From: Eubacteriales bacterium
Lineage (GTDB): Bacteria; Bacillota; Clostridia; Oscillospirales; QAMX01
Direction of reading: 5' to 3'
DNA length: 59,896 bases
Assembly (NCBI GenBank): GCA_045639125.1
Contig: JAZUCL010000018.1
Location: forward strand, 1 to 59,896
Below, one piece after another: positions 1-9,550 of the stretch (position 1 is its first letter; each line of letters starts with the position of its first letter). A model generated the notes under the pieces. The model was not told the DNA's origin. It did no database searches and saw nothing but the letters and a program-made list of their open reading frames with translations. A program made the translations under genes and the position numbers.

Positions 1-142
1 CTCCGTATATTCTGTGTAATGCGGTCGCCAAACCTTTACACATTATATCACGGTGGTTTTTTATTGCATATACTAAAGTGTTTTTTCTTCCCCCAGTAGA
101 ACTGGGGGTTTATTTCCATGCCTTACAAGGCACCAACTAAAA

Positions 143-178
143 ACAAGGCGAACGCAGAATGCGTTCGCCTTGTTTTTT
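143..178. terminator. Bidirectional intrinsic terminator: GC hairpin caaggcgaacgc-agaa-gcgttcgccttg flanked by A5 and T6 runs
   Basis: Inverted repeat with a T-run on both strands. It lies downstream of the minus-strand decarboxylase genes. Confidence 0.7.
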
Positions 179-193
179 ATCGGCATAAGCCGT

Positions 194-340
194 TATTTAC
201 TCAGAGTCTTTCTTGGAGGCAGTTACCTTGTTGAGAATCATGGTAACTAACACGATTGCACCGATAACAACGAAGATACCGAGCATTCCAACGCCCATAT
301 AGTAAAGATTTGAGACAAAATTCATTGGATTGAAAGTCAT
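194..340 (-). CDS. Small single-TM membrane protein (48 aa, MTFNPMNFVSNLYYMGVGMLGIFVVIGAIVLVTMILNKVTASKKDSE), possibly an OadG-like small subunit of the Na+-translocating decarboxylase
   Basis: I translated this manually and it is not in the ORF track. It starts 24 bp downstream of the beta subunit, has one hydrophobic helix, and is followed by a terminator. Confidence 0.35.
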
Positions 341-364
341 AATTTACACAGCCTTTCTAATAAA

Positions 365-1465
365 TTAGCCGAAGAAGTTAAGAATCATGCCACCTGCGAT
401 AACGGAAGCAATCTGACCGGATACATTTACACCGATAGAGTGCATAAGCAGGAAGTTCTGAGGATCTGCCTCAAGACCAAGTTTGTGAACAACACGACCT
501 GACATTGGGAATGCAGAGATGCCTGCCGCACCAATCATTGGATTTATCTTTGTCTTTGAGAATATGTTAATTACCTTTGCGAAGATAACACCGCCTGCAG
601 TATCGAAGATAAATGCTACAAGTCCAAGTCCGAGGATAAGCAACGTGTCAATTGCAAGGAACTCTGCAGCCTGCATACGAAGTGCAATAGTGATACCAAG
701 GAAAATAGTAACGAGGTTTGCCAAAACCTTCTGTGCAGTTTCAGACAACGTATTAAGTACGCCACACTCACGAATGAGGTTACCAAACATAAGGAAGCCG
801 ATAAGTGCGACAGAGTCGGGGGCAACAAGACCTGCGATTACTGTGATAACAATCGGGAAGAGAATACGAGTAGTCTTTGTAACTTCCTTCTGAACGTAAG
901 GCATACGAATCATACGTTCCTTCTTGGTGGTGAGAAGTTTAATAACGGGAGGCTGAATGATTGGAACAAGTGCCATGTAGGAATACGCTGCAACCATGAT
1001 AGCACCGAGGTACTTAGAATTAAGTGCCTGTGCAACGACGATTGAAGTGGGGCCGTCAGCCGCACCGATGATAGCGATAGATGCTGCGTCATTAAGATCA
1101 AAGAACATAGACGCAAGGCACAGGGTAAAGAAGATACCAAACTGAGCAGCCGCACCGAAAATCATAAGTTTTGGATTTGAAAGCAAAGGGCCAAAGTCGA
1201 TCATCGCACCGATGCCAATGAACAGTATAAGCGGGAACAGTTCGTTTGAGATACCTGCTGCAAACAGTTCCTCAAGTGTTTCGATTGCACCTGAGAAAGG
1301 AAGGTTAACTAAAATCGCACCAAAGCCCATAGGCAATAAAAGTGTGGGCTCCATGTCCTTTGCGATGGCAAGATAAATGAGTATGCCACCGATTGCCCAC
1401 ATGACAAGTTGCTGCACAAGTTGCTGCCACTCAAGGGCTAAGATGTTTTCGTACAAGAATTCCAT
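365..1465 (-). CDS. Sodium ion-translocating decarboxylase beta subunit (OadB/GcdB/MmdB family)
   Basis: 366-aa polytopic membrane protein with strong family resemblance, including the GAADGPTS, NPKLMIFGAAA and PMSGR segments. Confidence 0.85.
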   Translation of the reverse strand: MEFLYENILALEWQQLVQQLVMWAIGGILIYLAIAKDMEPTLLLPMGFGAILVNLPFSGAIETLEELFAAGISNELFPLILFIGIGAMIDFGPLLSNPKLMIFGAAAQFGIFFTLCLASMFFDLNDAASIAIIGAADGPTSIVVAQALNSKYLGAIMVAAYSYMALVPIIQPPVIKLLTTKKERMIRMPYVQKEVTKTTRILFPIVITVIAGLVAPDSVALIGFLMFGNLIRECGVLNTLSETAQKVLANLVTIFLGITIALRMQAAEFLAIDTLLILGLGLVAFIFDTAGGVIFAKVINIFSKTKINPMIGAAGISAFPMSGRVVHKLGLEADPQNFLLMHSIGVNVSGQIASVIAGGMILNFFG

Positions 1466-1493
1466 AAAATTTCCCCCAAAATATTTTTTATTT

Positions 1494-3254
1494 TTAACGC
1501 ATCACTGCGTATTTTTTAAGATAAGTTTCGTATTTCTCATTGTATGAATCAGAGTCAAGACGAATACTGCGAAGTCCTTCATGGACGTTCATATTGTTAT
1601 GTGCCGTTTCCATGATACAACCTGCAATATTTGAACAGTGGTCGGAAATTCGTTCCAAACTTGTCAGCAGATCAGACCATATAAAGCCTGCATCTATTGT
1701 GCAATCGCCTTGTTGGAGTCTGCGAATATGGTTCGCTCTTAAAAGTTCCTTCAAATGGTCAATTACCTCCTCAAGCGGTTCAACATTCGTTACCGCCGTA
1801 ACATCTGTAGAAACGAAAGCGTTAAGAGTAAGATCCACGATCTCACTAACTGATGCTATAAGTGTCGCAAGTTCTTGGGTTGCAAAAGAAGAAAACACAA
1901 TTTCTTTAGAACGTAATTCCTCAATAGACTCTGCTATATCAACACTATGGTCGGATATTCGCTCAAAATCACCAATAATACGAAGAAGTTGTGCCGCCTC
2001 AGCACTTTCATTCTCATTCATTTGATGAACACTTAACTTTACAAGGTAGTTACCGATAATATCTTCATAGTGATCAGTTTCTTCTTCACGATCTTTAATT
2101 GTTTTTACAATAGACTCATCATAAGATGTAAAGAGTGAAACGCTGTCTTTTAATGCACCTATTGCACAATGTGCCATTTCAACTGCATACAGGCGGCTAT
2201 GTTCCAACGCAATAGTCGGTGTAACAAGTAAACGTTCGTCAAGTGCAGTCTTTTTCTCCGTCTCCTTTGCATCAGGAACAAGGATACAAACAAGTTTCTC
2301 TAAAAGCCCTGACATCGGAAATAGGAGAATTGTACATACCAAATTAAATATGGAGTGTGCCACTGCAATACCAAGATGGTCAGCGGCAACCGACAAGAAC
2401 GCAGGCTCAAACAACCACTTAAACAAATACAACAATATAAGCATAACTGCTGTACCGATTACGTTAAAGAAAAGATGCACATAAGCAACTCTCTTTGCGT
2501 TTCTGTTTGCACCGAAAGATGACAAAAGTGCAGTTATGCAAGTGCCGATATTCTGTCCCATAATAATAGGAAGAACTGCACCATAGGTAACTTGACCTGT
2601 AACTGTCAATGCCTGCAAAATGCCGACAGATGCAGAACTCGACTGAATAATTGCAGTCAAAATAGCACCTACAAGAACGCCAAGGATTGGATTTGTAAAC
2701 ATTAAGAACAAATCGCTAAATGCAGGAACTTCCTTTAGTCCTGATACCGCACCTGACATAGTATCCATACCAAACATCAGCGTTGCGAAACCAAGAAGAA
2801 TCATTCCCGTATCCTTTCTCTTACTTACCTTGGAAAACAAATAAAATATGATACCAATAAGGGCAAGAATTGGAGTAAAGGACGTAGGTTTTAGAAGTCT
2901 AATGAAGAAGTTATCACCTGAAATACCACCAAGGCTCAGTATCCACGCCGTGACAGTAGTTCCAATATTGGCACCCATAATCACACCGATAGACTGTTTA
3001 AGTGACATTAGTCCCGAGTTGACGAAACCAACAGCCATAACAGTCGTAGCAGAAGAACTTTGAATAACAGCAGTGACTCCTAAGCCTGTTAGGAAACCTG
3101 CAAATTTATTTGTTGTCAGTTTGCCGATGAGTGTACTAAGTTTATCTCCTGCTCGGCGTTCCAAAGCCTGTCCCATAAAATTCATACCAAACAAGAATAG
3201 ACACAAGCCACCGACAAGACTTAGTAAATCAAAAAGTAAATCAAAAAAATCCAT
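1494..3254 (-). CDS. Na/Pi cotransporter family protein with C-terminal PhoU-like domains
   Basis: NptA-like repeats (QSSSATTVMAVGF... / QSSSASVGILQAL) followed by a helical PhoU-like C-terminal half. The likely start is the internal Met (MDFFDLL) with an AAGGA RBS. The ORF-track N-terminal extension is rejected. Confidence 0.8.
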   Translation of the reverse strand: MDFFDLLFDLLSLVGGLCLFLFGMNFMGQALERRAGDKLSTLIGKLTTNKFAGFLTGLGVTAVIQSSSATTVMAVGFVNSGLMSLKQSIGVIMGANIGTTVTAWILSLGGISGDNFFIRLLKPTSFTPILALIGIIFYLFSKVSKRKDTGMILLGFATLMFGMDTMSGAVSGLKEVPAFSDLFLMFTNPILGVLVGAILTAIIQSSSASVGILQALTVTGQVTYGAVLPIIMGQNIGTCITALLSSFGANRNAKRVAYVHLFFNVIGTAVMLILLYLFKWLFEPAFLSVAADHLGIAVAHSIFNLVCTILLFPMSGLLEKLVCILVPDAKETEKKTALDERLLVTPTIALEHSRLYAVEMAHCAIGALKDSVSLFTSYDESIVKTIKDREEETDHYEDIIGNYLVKLSVHQMNENESAEAAQLLRIIGDFERISDHSVDIAESIEELRSKEIVFSSFATQELATLIASVSEIVDLTLNAFVSTDVTAVTNVEPLEEVIDHLKELLRANHIRRLQQGDCTIDAGFIWSDLLTSLERISDHCSNIAGCIMETAHNNMNVHEGLRSIRLDSDSYNEKYETYLKKYAVMR

Positions 3255-3285
3255 GCATTTTTCCTTTCGTACTATATTTATCGTT

Positions 3286-3324
3286 TTTGCATGGTAATAG
3301 TCATATGCTATTACCATGCAAAAA
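3286..3324. promoter_or_regulatory. Near-perfect 39-bp palindrome (TTTTGCATGGTAATAG-TCATATG-CTATTACCATGCAAAA) about 32 bp upstream of the Na/Pi cotransporter start codon
   Basis: 16-bp perfect arms seen directly. There is no U-tract after the hairpin in either orientation, so it is not an intrinsic terminator. It is a candidate dimeric-regulator operator or 5'-UTR structure. Confidence 0.5.
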
Positions 3325-3860
3325 CATACAAAGTAATTATATCACATTTTTTCAGAAATTACAGTAAAAATGCAAAAAATTTTGACAGAAAATCATGATT
3401 AAAATCAGTTTGTTTTCGTTGCAAACGAATGAAATATTTTGAAATAGCCGAATTTTTACTACTCCGAGTCGTTATGCATTCTGTACCCTACACCAAGTTC
3501 ATTTGAGATAATTCTGTTTTCTCCTGGTTCAATACACAATTTTTCTGATATTTGCCATATTAACTTGAAGTTTTTGGTGATTGCTTCATAACTTACACTC
3601 CAAGCGACAGTAAACCATAAATATTTACATGTCACAAGAAAATTTTACAGACAGTTGGAATTGACAATTAGATGTATAGTCGTTATCATAAACATATAGT
3701 TAAAAACACGTATTTTTTAATAAGTTTATTGAAAAACGGCAAAAAAATACCGATATGCAACTGTCAGTTGACAAAAATGTGTCCGTCAGTTGGTGGTAAA
3801 ATCGTCAAAAGTGCGTTATACTTAACGTGTAAAAAAGCATATAGTAAAGGATGATAAGTT

Positions 3861-4814
3861 ATGATTTCTGATAAAATTACATATTTGCGAAAAGAAAAAG
3901 GTTGGTCGCAAGAGGACCTTGCAGAGAAAATGGAAGTGTCCCGCCAGTCTGTATCTAAGTGGGAGGCAAACCAATCTGTACCCGACCTTGATAAAATCAT
4001 TCGCCTTTCCCAATTATTTGGAGTTACTACTGATTATCTGTTAAAAGACGATATTTCCGAGCCTGTCATGTCAGAGAAATCTAACACAGACGTTCGTATC
4101 CGCCGTGTAATGCTTGATGAAGCACAAGATTATATTGCTCTTCGCAAAAAGGCGGCGAAGAGTATTGCAGTAGGAACTTTGCTTTGTATTCTCTCACCTA
4201 TACCTATAATCCTTTTAGGTGCTTTTACAGAAATGTTATTGTTATCGGATAGCATGACTGCATTCCTTGGAATTTCAGCACTTCTTATTATGGTAGCCGT
4301 TGCCGTTGCAATTTTTATACATACAGGACTAAAAAATGCCCCATACGAATTTTTGGAGAAAGAGTCATTTGATTTGGATGCTTCAGCAGAAAAATATATA
4401 GTGTCTGAGTATAATTCATTCCGTAAGACTTTTATTCGCATGGTCATTATAGGTACTGTGCTGTGTATACTGTCTGTTTCGCCTGTATTGTCATCTGTCT
4501 TTTTCTTAAATAGTATTTTGTTGCCGATTTTAATGTTGTGTGCACTTTTTGTCTTTGTTGGAATAGGTGTACTTCTACTGATTTTAGCAGGCGTTAAAAA
4601 TGAAGCATACAAAAAACTACTTAAAATTGGAGAACATAGCAAGAATCCCCAATTGGCTACATTTGAGGCTATATATTGGCCTATTGTAGTATGTATATAT
4701 CTCCTTTGGAGTTTTTCAAGTGATGATTGGGGTATCACTTGGGTTACGTGGGTTATAGCGGCTGCTATATCAAACGCTGTGGAGGCGTACATAAAATCAA
4801 AGGACAAAAAATAA
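3861..4814 (+). CDS. Membrane-anchored XRE-family HTH transcriptional regulator
   Basis: N-terminal HTH_3 motif (LRKEKGWSQEDLAEKMEVSRQSVSKWE) followed by several hydrophobic helices. Confidence 0.75.
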   Translation: MISDKITYLRKEKGWSQEDLAEKMEVSRQSVSKWEANQSVPDLDKIIRLSQLFGVTTDYLLKDDISEPVMSEKSNTDVRIRRVMLDEAQDYIALRKKAAKSIAVGTLLCILSPIPIILLGAFTEMLLLSDSMTAFLGISALLIMVAVAVAIFIHTGLKNAPYEFLEKESFDLDASAEKYIVSEYNSFRKTFIRMVIIGTVLCILSVSPVLSSVFFLNSILLPILMLCALFVFVGIGVLLLILAGVKNEAYKKLLKIGEHSKNPQLATFEAIYWPIVVCIYLLWSFSSDDWGITWVTWVIAAAISNAVEAYIKSKDKK

Positions 4815-4868
4815 ATACGTTTTGTTATAAAAAGATACTGCCAAATTACTTGGCAGTATCTTTTAGTC

Positions 4869-5543
4869 TTATCTTGACAGCCTCTTTAGTTTTTCAATAT
4901 CACGAACAAGTACGCCGCCTCTTGATAGTGTTACAATACCCTCATCAGAGAAGTATTTAAGGACACGGCTTACAACTTCTCTTGCACTGCCAATGTACTT
5001 TGCAATTTGCTCGTGAGTCATATTAAGTTCATTTCCACCTGTCTTTGAAAGTTCATTTACAAGGAAAGTCGCAAGACGACGATCCATACTCATAAACAAG
5101 ATCTGCTGAATTGCACTCATTGCGTAGGAAAAACGCTGTGTTGCAACTTTATACGCAAATGCCTCAACATATATATTTTGTTCCATTAGCATACGAAATA
5201 CTGACGCACTCACAACCAACAACCGACAATCTTCCTCTGCGTCAATAATAACATCAAATGTGATTTCACTCAATGCACATGATACTGATAAAATACACGT
5301 ATCACCGCCATAAAGTCGATAAAGCGTTATTTCCTTTCCTTCCTCGCTTAGCATATATACACGCAGTTGTCCTTTCTGTACAAGGACTATACCACGGCAA
5401 TTTTTGTCACCATTTTGAATGTTTTCACCTTTCTTACAATTAACACTACCCACATCTTCACACAGGAGTTGTTGCTGTGACACAGATAGTTTATCCCAAA
5501 AAGGGAAAAACTCTTTAAGTATATCTTTTTTCTCACTGTCCAT
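4869..5543 (-). CDS. Crp/Fnr family transcriptional regulator
   Basis: cNMP-binding-like N-terminal domain plus a C-terminal HTH (EQIAKYIGSAREVVSRVLK), 224 aa. Confidence 0.75.
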   Translation of the reverse strand: MDSEKKDILKEFFPFWDKLSVSQQQLLCEDVGSVNCKKGENIQNGDKNCRGIVLVQKGQLRVYMLSEEGKEITLYRLYGGDTCILSVSCALSEITFDVIIDAEEDCRLLVVSASVFRMLMEQNIYVEAFAYKVATQRFSYAMSAIQQILFMSMDRRLATFLVNELSKTGGNELNMTHEQIAKYIGSAREVVSRVLKYFSDEGIVTLSRGGVLVRDIEKLKRLSR

Positions 5544-5777
5544 TTATGTTCAACTCCCTAATATAACTTTTGTGACCCTATACGACAAAATATACCACGT
5601 TTTCTCTGTCCTTTCAATATAAATCATCAAAATAGTGTAAAAAACGCAAAATTATTTTTGAATATATAGTATTTATAACAAAATTAAAAATCTGTCAAAT
5701 TTTTGTATACAATTTTGAATAGTTATGGTATACTTGTGTAAGTATATCCAAATTCTAATTTATCAGGAGTTGAAACT

Positions 5778-7337
5778 ATGAACGGAAATAGTATCCAAAT
5801 GGCTATTACCATGACAATTTATATTGCCATTGTCATTGGTATTGGTGCCTACTTCGCAAAAATTTCTAACAAAAACTCAGAAAACTTCTTCATTGGCGGA
5901 CGCACACTCGGCCCATGGGTTGCGGCAATGAGTGCTGAAGCATCTGACATGAGCGGTTGGTTGCTTATGGGTCTGCCCGGTGTCGCTTACTGGTGCGGTA
6001 TCGCTGACGCTTTCTGGACAGCAGCAGGACTTGCAGTCGGTACATATTTGAACTGGCTCATCGTATCAAAACGTCTTCGTAAATATTCTTACGTTGCAAG
6101 CAATTCAATCACAATCCCGGATTTCTTTAGTAATCGTTTTAGAGAGAACAAAAAAGTCATTATGACTATTGCAGCATTGTTTATCCTTGTATTCTTCTCT
6201 GTATATGCAGGTAGTTGTTTCGTTACTTGTGGTAAACTGTTTAATTCCATGTTCGGCATCGATTATAAAATTATGATGCTCATTGGTGCTCTCTTTGTTA
6301 TCCTTTACACCTTCCTCGGCGGTTTCCTTGCAGAAAGTGTATCTGACTTTATGCAGGCACTTCTTATGATTTTTGCACTCGTTATAGTTCTCGTTGTAGG
6401 TACATCCTACGCAGGCGGCATCTCTGCTGTATGGGCTAATATCGGTGCAATCCCCGGTTTTGCAGAATTCTTCCACATTGCTCAACCTACAGTTGTTGAC
6501 GGTGTTCAGCAGGTTGTAAACAATGCACCTGTATTTGGTGAATCTGCAGAGTACAGTTTCTTAAGTGTTGCATCCATGATGGCATGGGGCCTTGGCTACT
6601 TTGGTATGCCTCAGGTTCTCCTTCGTTTCATCGCTATCCGTAAGTCCGAGGAACTCAAATCTTCAAGAAGAATTGCTACCATTTGGTGCGTTATCTCCCT
6701 TACAGCAGCAGTATTGATCGGTCTTATCGGACGTAGTGCATTCCCCACAGAACTTTTGACAAAGTCTACCGCTGAGAATATTTTCATTCTCATGAGCCAG
6801 ACTCTTCTTCATCCCCTGTTTGCAGGTGTTATCATGGCAGGTATTTTGGCGGCTACAATCAGTTCCTCCGACTCCTACCTTCTTATCGCTGCTTCCGCAA
6901 TTTCCAAGAATCTCTATCAGGGCGTTATTAAGAAGAACGCTACCGACAAGCAGGTTATGCTCGTCAGCCGTATCACACTTCTTGTTGTTGCACTTATCGG
7001 CATCATCATCGCTCTTGATGAAAACAGCGTAATCTTTGGTATAGTAAGTTTTGCTTGGGCAGGCTTCGGTGCCACATTCGGCCCGCTCATGCTCTTCTCT
7101 CTGTTCTGGAAACGTATCAATCGTGCAGGTGCAATCGCAGGTATGCTCGGCGGCGGTTTGAGCGTATTCGTATGGAAACTTCTTATTAGCCCTCTTGGCG
7201 GTGCTTTTGCTATCTACGAACTGCTCCCCGCTTTCATCATTTCTTCAATCCTCATCGTTGGTGTTTCTCTCATTACTCCTCCTCCCTCTGCGGAGATTCA
7301 GGCAGACTTTGAGAAAGCAAAAACCGTTGATTGCTAA
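5778..7337 (+). CDS. putP: Sodium/proline symporter (SSS family)
   Basis: 519 aa with SSS-family signatures (GGRTLGPWVAAMSAEASDMSGWLLMGLPG). RBS AGGAG is upstream. Confidence 0.85.
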   Translation: MNGNSIQMAITMTIYIAIVIGIGAYFAKISNKNSENFFIGGRTLGPWVAAMSAEASDMSGWLLMGLPGVAYWCGIADAFWTAAGLAVGTYLNWLIVSKRLRKYSYVASNSITIPDFFSNRFRENKKVIMTIAALFILVFFSVYAGSCFVTCGKLFNSMFGIDYKIMMLIGALFVILYTFLGGFLAESVSDFMQALLMIFALVIVLVVGTSYAGGISAVWANIGAIPGFAEFFHIAQPTVVDGVQQVVNNAPVFGESAEYSFLSVASMMAWGLGYFGMPQVLLRFIAIRKSEELKSSRRIATIWCVISLTAAVLIGLIGRSAFPTELLTKSTAENIFILMSQTLLHPLFAGVIMAGILAATISSSDSYLLIAASAISKNLYQGVIKKNATDKQVMLVSRITLLVVALIGIIIALDENSVIFGIVSFAWAGFGATFGPLMLFSLFWKRINRAGAIAGMLGGGLSVFVWKLLISPLGGAFAIYELLPAFIISSILIVGVSLITPPPSAEIQADFEKAKTVDC

Positions 7338-7347
7338 CTAAACACTA

Positions 7348-7383
7348 AACCGCCGATATTTGAAAGTATCGGCGGTTTTCTAT
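7348..7383 (+). terminator. Intrinsic terminator after putP
   Basis: Hairpin aaccgccgata-tttgaaagt-atcggcggtt followed by TTTTCTAT. Confidence 0.7.
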
Positions 7384-7399
7384 CAAAAGGTAGGTAAAT

Positions 7400-8212
7400 A
7401 TGTTAAAAAAGATTCTTAAAATTGCTCTGTCAGTCATATTGGCAGTTGCTATCGTAATTATACTTCTCTTTGCCGAGGCTTTTTGGGGAAATCCCCTTTC
7501 CAAATACCTTGCCACAAAAACGGTTAATGAATATCTGTCTCAAACCTATGGGGATACGGACTTTTACGTTGAATCTGTCAATTATAACTTCAAGTTTGGA
7601 AACTACTATGCCCGTGTTAAATCTCCGTCGAGTATTGATACTCACTTTAATATTTCTACCGACAAGTGGGGCAACTTCCAAAGTGACACGTATGAAAGCC
7701 GTGTGCTGGGCAGATTCAATACGGCACAGCGAATTGACGAGGAGTACCTCAACCTCGCAAATACTGTGTTTGAAAGCCCCGACTTCCCCTACTGCGGTGA
7801 CATTTCTTTTGGTATAATCGAGTGTTTCCCTGAAAGTGAACTTGGTCAGTCTTATGTGCCTGAGTATGCACTCAATCAAAACAAGTTGGTTTTAGATGAA
7901 GAATATGATATTTCTGCCCTCGGTGCTAAGCACGGTCACATTGTTTTATATGTACAGAATGAGGACGTATCGGCGAAGAAATCGGCAGAAATATTACTTC
8001 ACGTCAAGGAAATTCTCGACGAAGGCGGTGTGCCTTTCTATGCCATAGATTTCGTTTTGAGAAAGCCGAAGCCTTTGGACGGTACACCTTGGAGTGACGA
8101 GCAGATATCGGTTGAAAATCTTCTTTATACCGATATTTATCCCGAAAACTTTGGTGAGCGTATTCAGCAGGCACACGATATGAAAGCAGAATCGGATAAA
8201 TTCACAAAATAA
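7400..8212 (+). CDS. Hypothetical membrane-anchored protein
   Basis: N-terminal TM helix. I recognise no family. Confidence 0.5.
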   Translation: MLKKILKIALSVILAVAIVIILLFAEAFWGNPLSKYLATKTVNEYLSQTYGDTDFYVESVNYNFKFGNYYARVKSPSSIDTHFNISTDKWGNFQSDTYESRVLGRFNTAQRIDEEYLNLANTVFESPDFPYCGDISFGIIECFPESELGQSYVPEYALNQNKLVLDEEYDISALGAKHGHIVLYVQNEDVSAKKSAEILLHVKEILDEGGVPFYAIDFVLRKPKPLDGTPWSDEQISVENLLYTDIYPENFGERIQQAHDMKAESDKFTK

Positions 8213-8401
8213 AGTTACAAAATTTAGGTATTCCCTTGACAAAAAATCCGTCTCACGATAGAATTTACTTGTGTGTGCCAAAACATTGAAAATCCTTTGA
8301 CATTATTTGCAAATGAAATGTTAATTGATTCTTCTCTGTCCTGTCGGCAGAAAGTATGGTATACTGACTACATAAAAAACAACTTAACGGAGGTCTTTCC
8401 T

Positions 8402-9442
8402 ATGAAAAAGGTAAAATGGGGTATTCTCGGTGCAGGCGGTATTGCTGACCGCCGTTCTCTCCCCGGTATGTTGCTTGCTGAAAACTGTGAAATCGTTGCA
8501 GTTATGGACATTCCCGCAGTAATCGACGGTCTTGCAGAAAAGTACAATGCAAAGGGTTACACCGATGCAGATTCTCTCCTTTCAGATGAAAACGTAGAGG
8601 CAGTATATATTGCTTCTCCTGTTGTATTCCATGCAGAGCAGGTACGCAAGGCAATTGCTGCAAACAAGCACATTCTTGTTGAGAAGCCCATTGCAAATAC
8701 TGCAGCAGAAAGTGCTGAACTTTGCCGTATGGCTGCTGAAAAGGGACTTTTGATGGCGACAGGTTTAATGATGCGTTTCAACACACATCATCAGCAGATG
8801 AAGCAACTTATCGCAGAGGGTGCTATCGGTCAACTTGTTTCTTGCCATGCACAGTTTACTTGTTGGTATCCCGACATGCCCGGCAACTGGCGTCAGTCCA
8901 AGAAAACTGCAGGCGGCGGTGCTATGACTGATATGGGTATCCACTGTCTTGACCTTATTGAGTACATCTCCGGTCAGCGTATTGCAAAGGTTGCCGGTAT
9001 GTACGACACATTCACATTTAAGTATGACGTTGAGGACTCTTGTACCGCTTTGTTCAGACTTTCCGAAAGCGGTTTTGGTACTGTTGAGGCTAACTTCAAC
9101 ATTCCTGACGAGGCTGCAAAATGGAGAATTGAGTTCTATGGCACTAAGGGACACATGTGTGCTAACGGCACTATCGGTCAGCAGGACGGTGGCGTATGCG
9201 AAGTTATGCTTACCGGCGATGACAAGGGCTACAATGCTACTCAGGACAGAAATGAGGCTGCTGCTCGTGTTCTCGACGGTGAACTTGGCAACATTTACTG
9301 CCGTGAGTTTGAGTCATTCTCTGATTCTATCCTTAACGGCTCAAAGATTGAAGTTCCCGCAACTGACGGTGCTCGTATTCAGCAGGTTATTGAGAAGATT
9401 TATCTCTCCTCTGAGACAGGTGCATTTATCGACATCGTATAA
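8402..9442 (+). CDS. Gfo/Idh/MocA family NAD(P)-dependent oxidoreductase
   Basis: N-terminal Rossmann motif (KWGILGAGGIADRR), EKP motif (ILVEKPIA), and a GGAGG RBS. The ORF-track start at 8273 is rejected as an upstream extension. Confidence 0.8.
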   Translation: MKKVKWGILGAGGIADRRSLPGMLLAENCEIVAVMDIPAVIDGLAEKYNAKGYTDADSLLSDENVEAVYIASPVVFHAEQVRKAIAANKHILVEKPIANTAAESAELCRMAAEKGLLMATGLMMRFNTHHQQMKQLIAEGAIGQLVSCHAQFTCWYPDMPGNWRQSKKTAGGGAMTDMGIHCLDLIEYISGQRIAKVAGMYDTFTFKYDVEDSCTALFRLSESGFGTVEANFNIPDEAAKWRIEFYGTKGHMCANGTIGQQDGGVCEVMLTGDDKGYNATQDRNEAAARVLDGELGNIYCREFESFSDSILNGSKIEVPATDGARIQQVIEKIYLSSETGAFIDIV

Positions 9443-9510
9443 TTAAATTACAATCCGCACATAAATCAGCGTGGGCGTTTGTAATATAACCTTTCACTGG
9501 CAAAAATCGA

Positions 9511-9550
9511 AGCCATGCCTTCAGCAAGCATGGCTTCGATTTTTATTTTA
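9511..9550. terminator. Bidirectional terminator between the oxidoreductase and the M42 peptidase
   Basis: Hairpin aatcgaagccatgc-cttcagcaa-gcatggcttcgatt flanked by A/T runs. Confidence 0.65.

Noticed and set aside
519-2025. Antisense or overlapping ORFs inside the decarboxylase and Na/Pi transporter genes (for example 519-893 +, 616-828 -, 1540-2025 +)
   Set aside because: They lie entirely within strongly supported membrane-protein genes on the opposite strand or in another frame. They have low-complexity composition and no RBS.
8273-8401. N-terminal extension of the Gfo/Idh/MocA oxidoreductase
   Set aside because: The Rossmann motif begins right after the internal Met with a GGAGG RBS. 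The extension covers the promoter region (TTGACA-17-TAGAAT).
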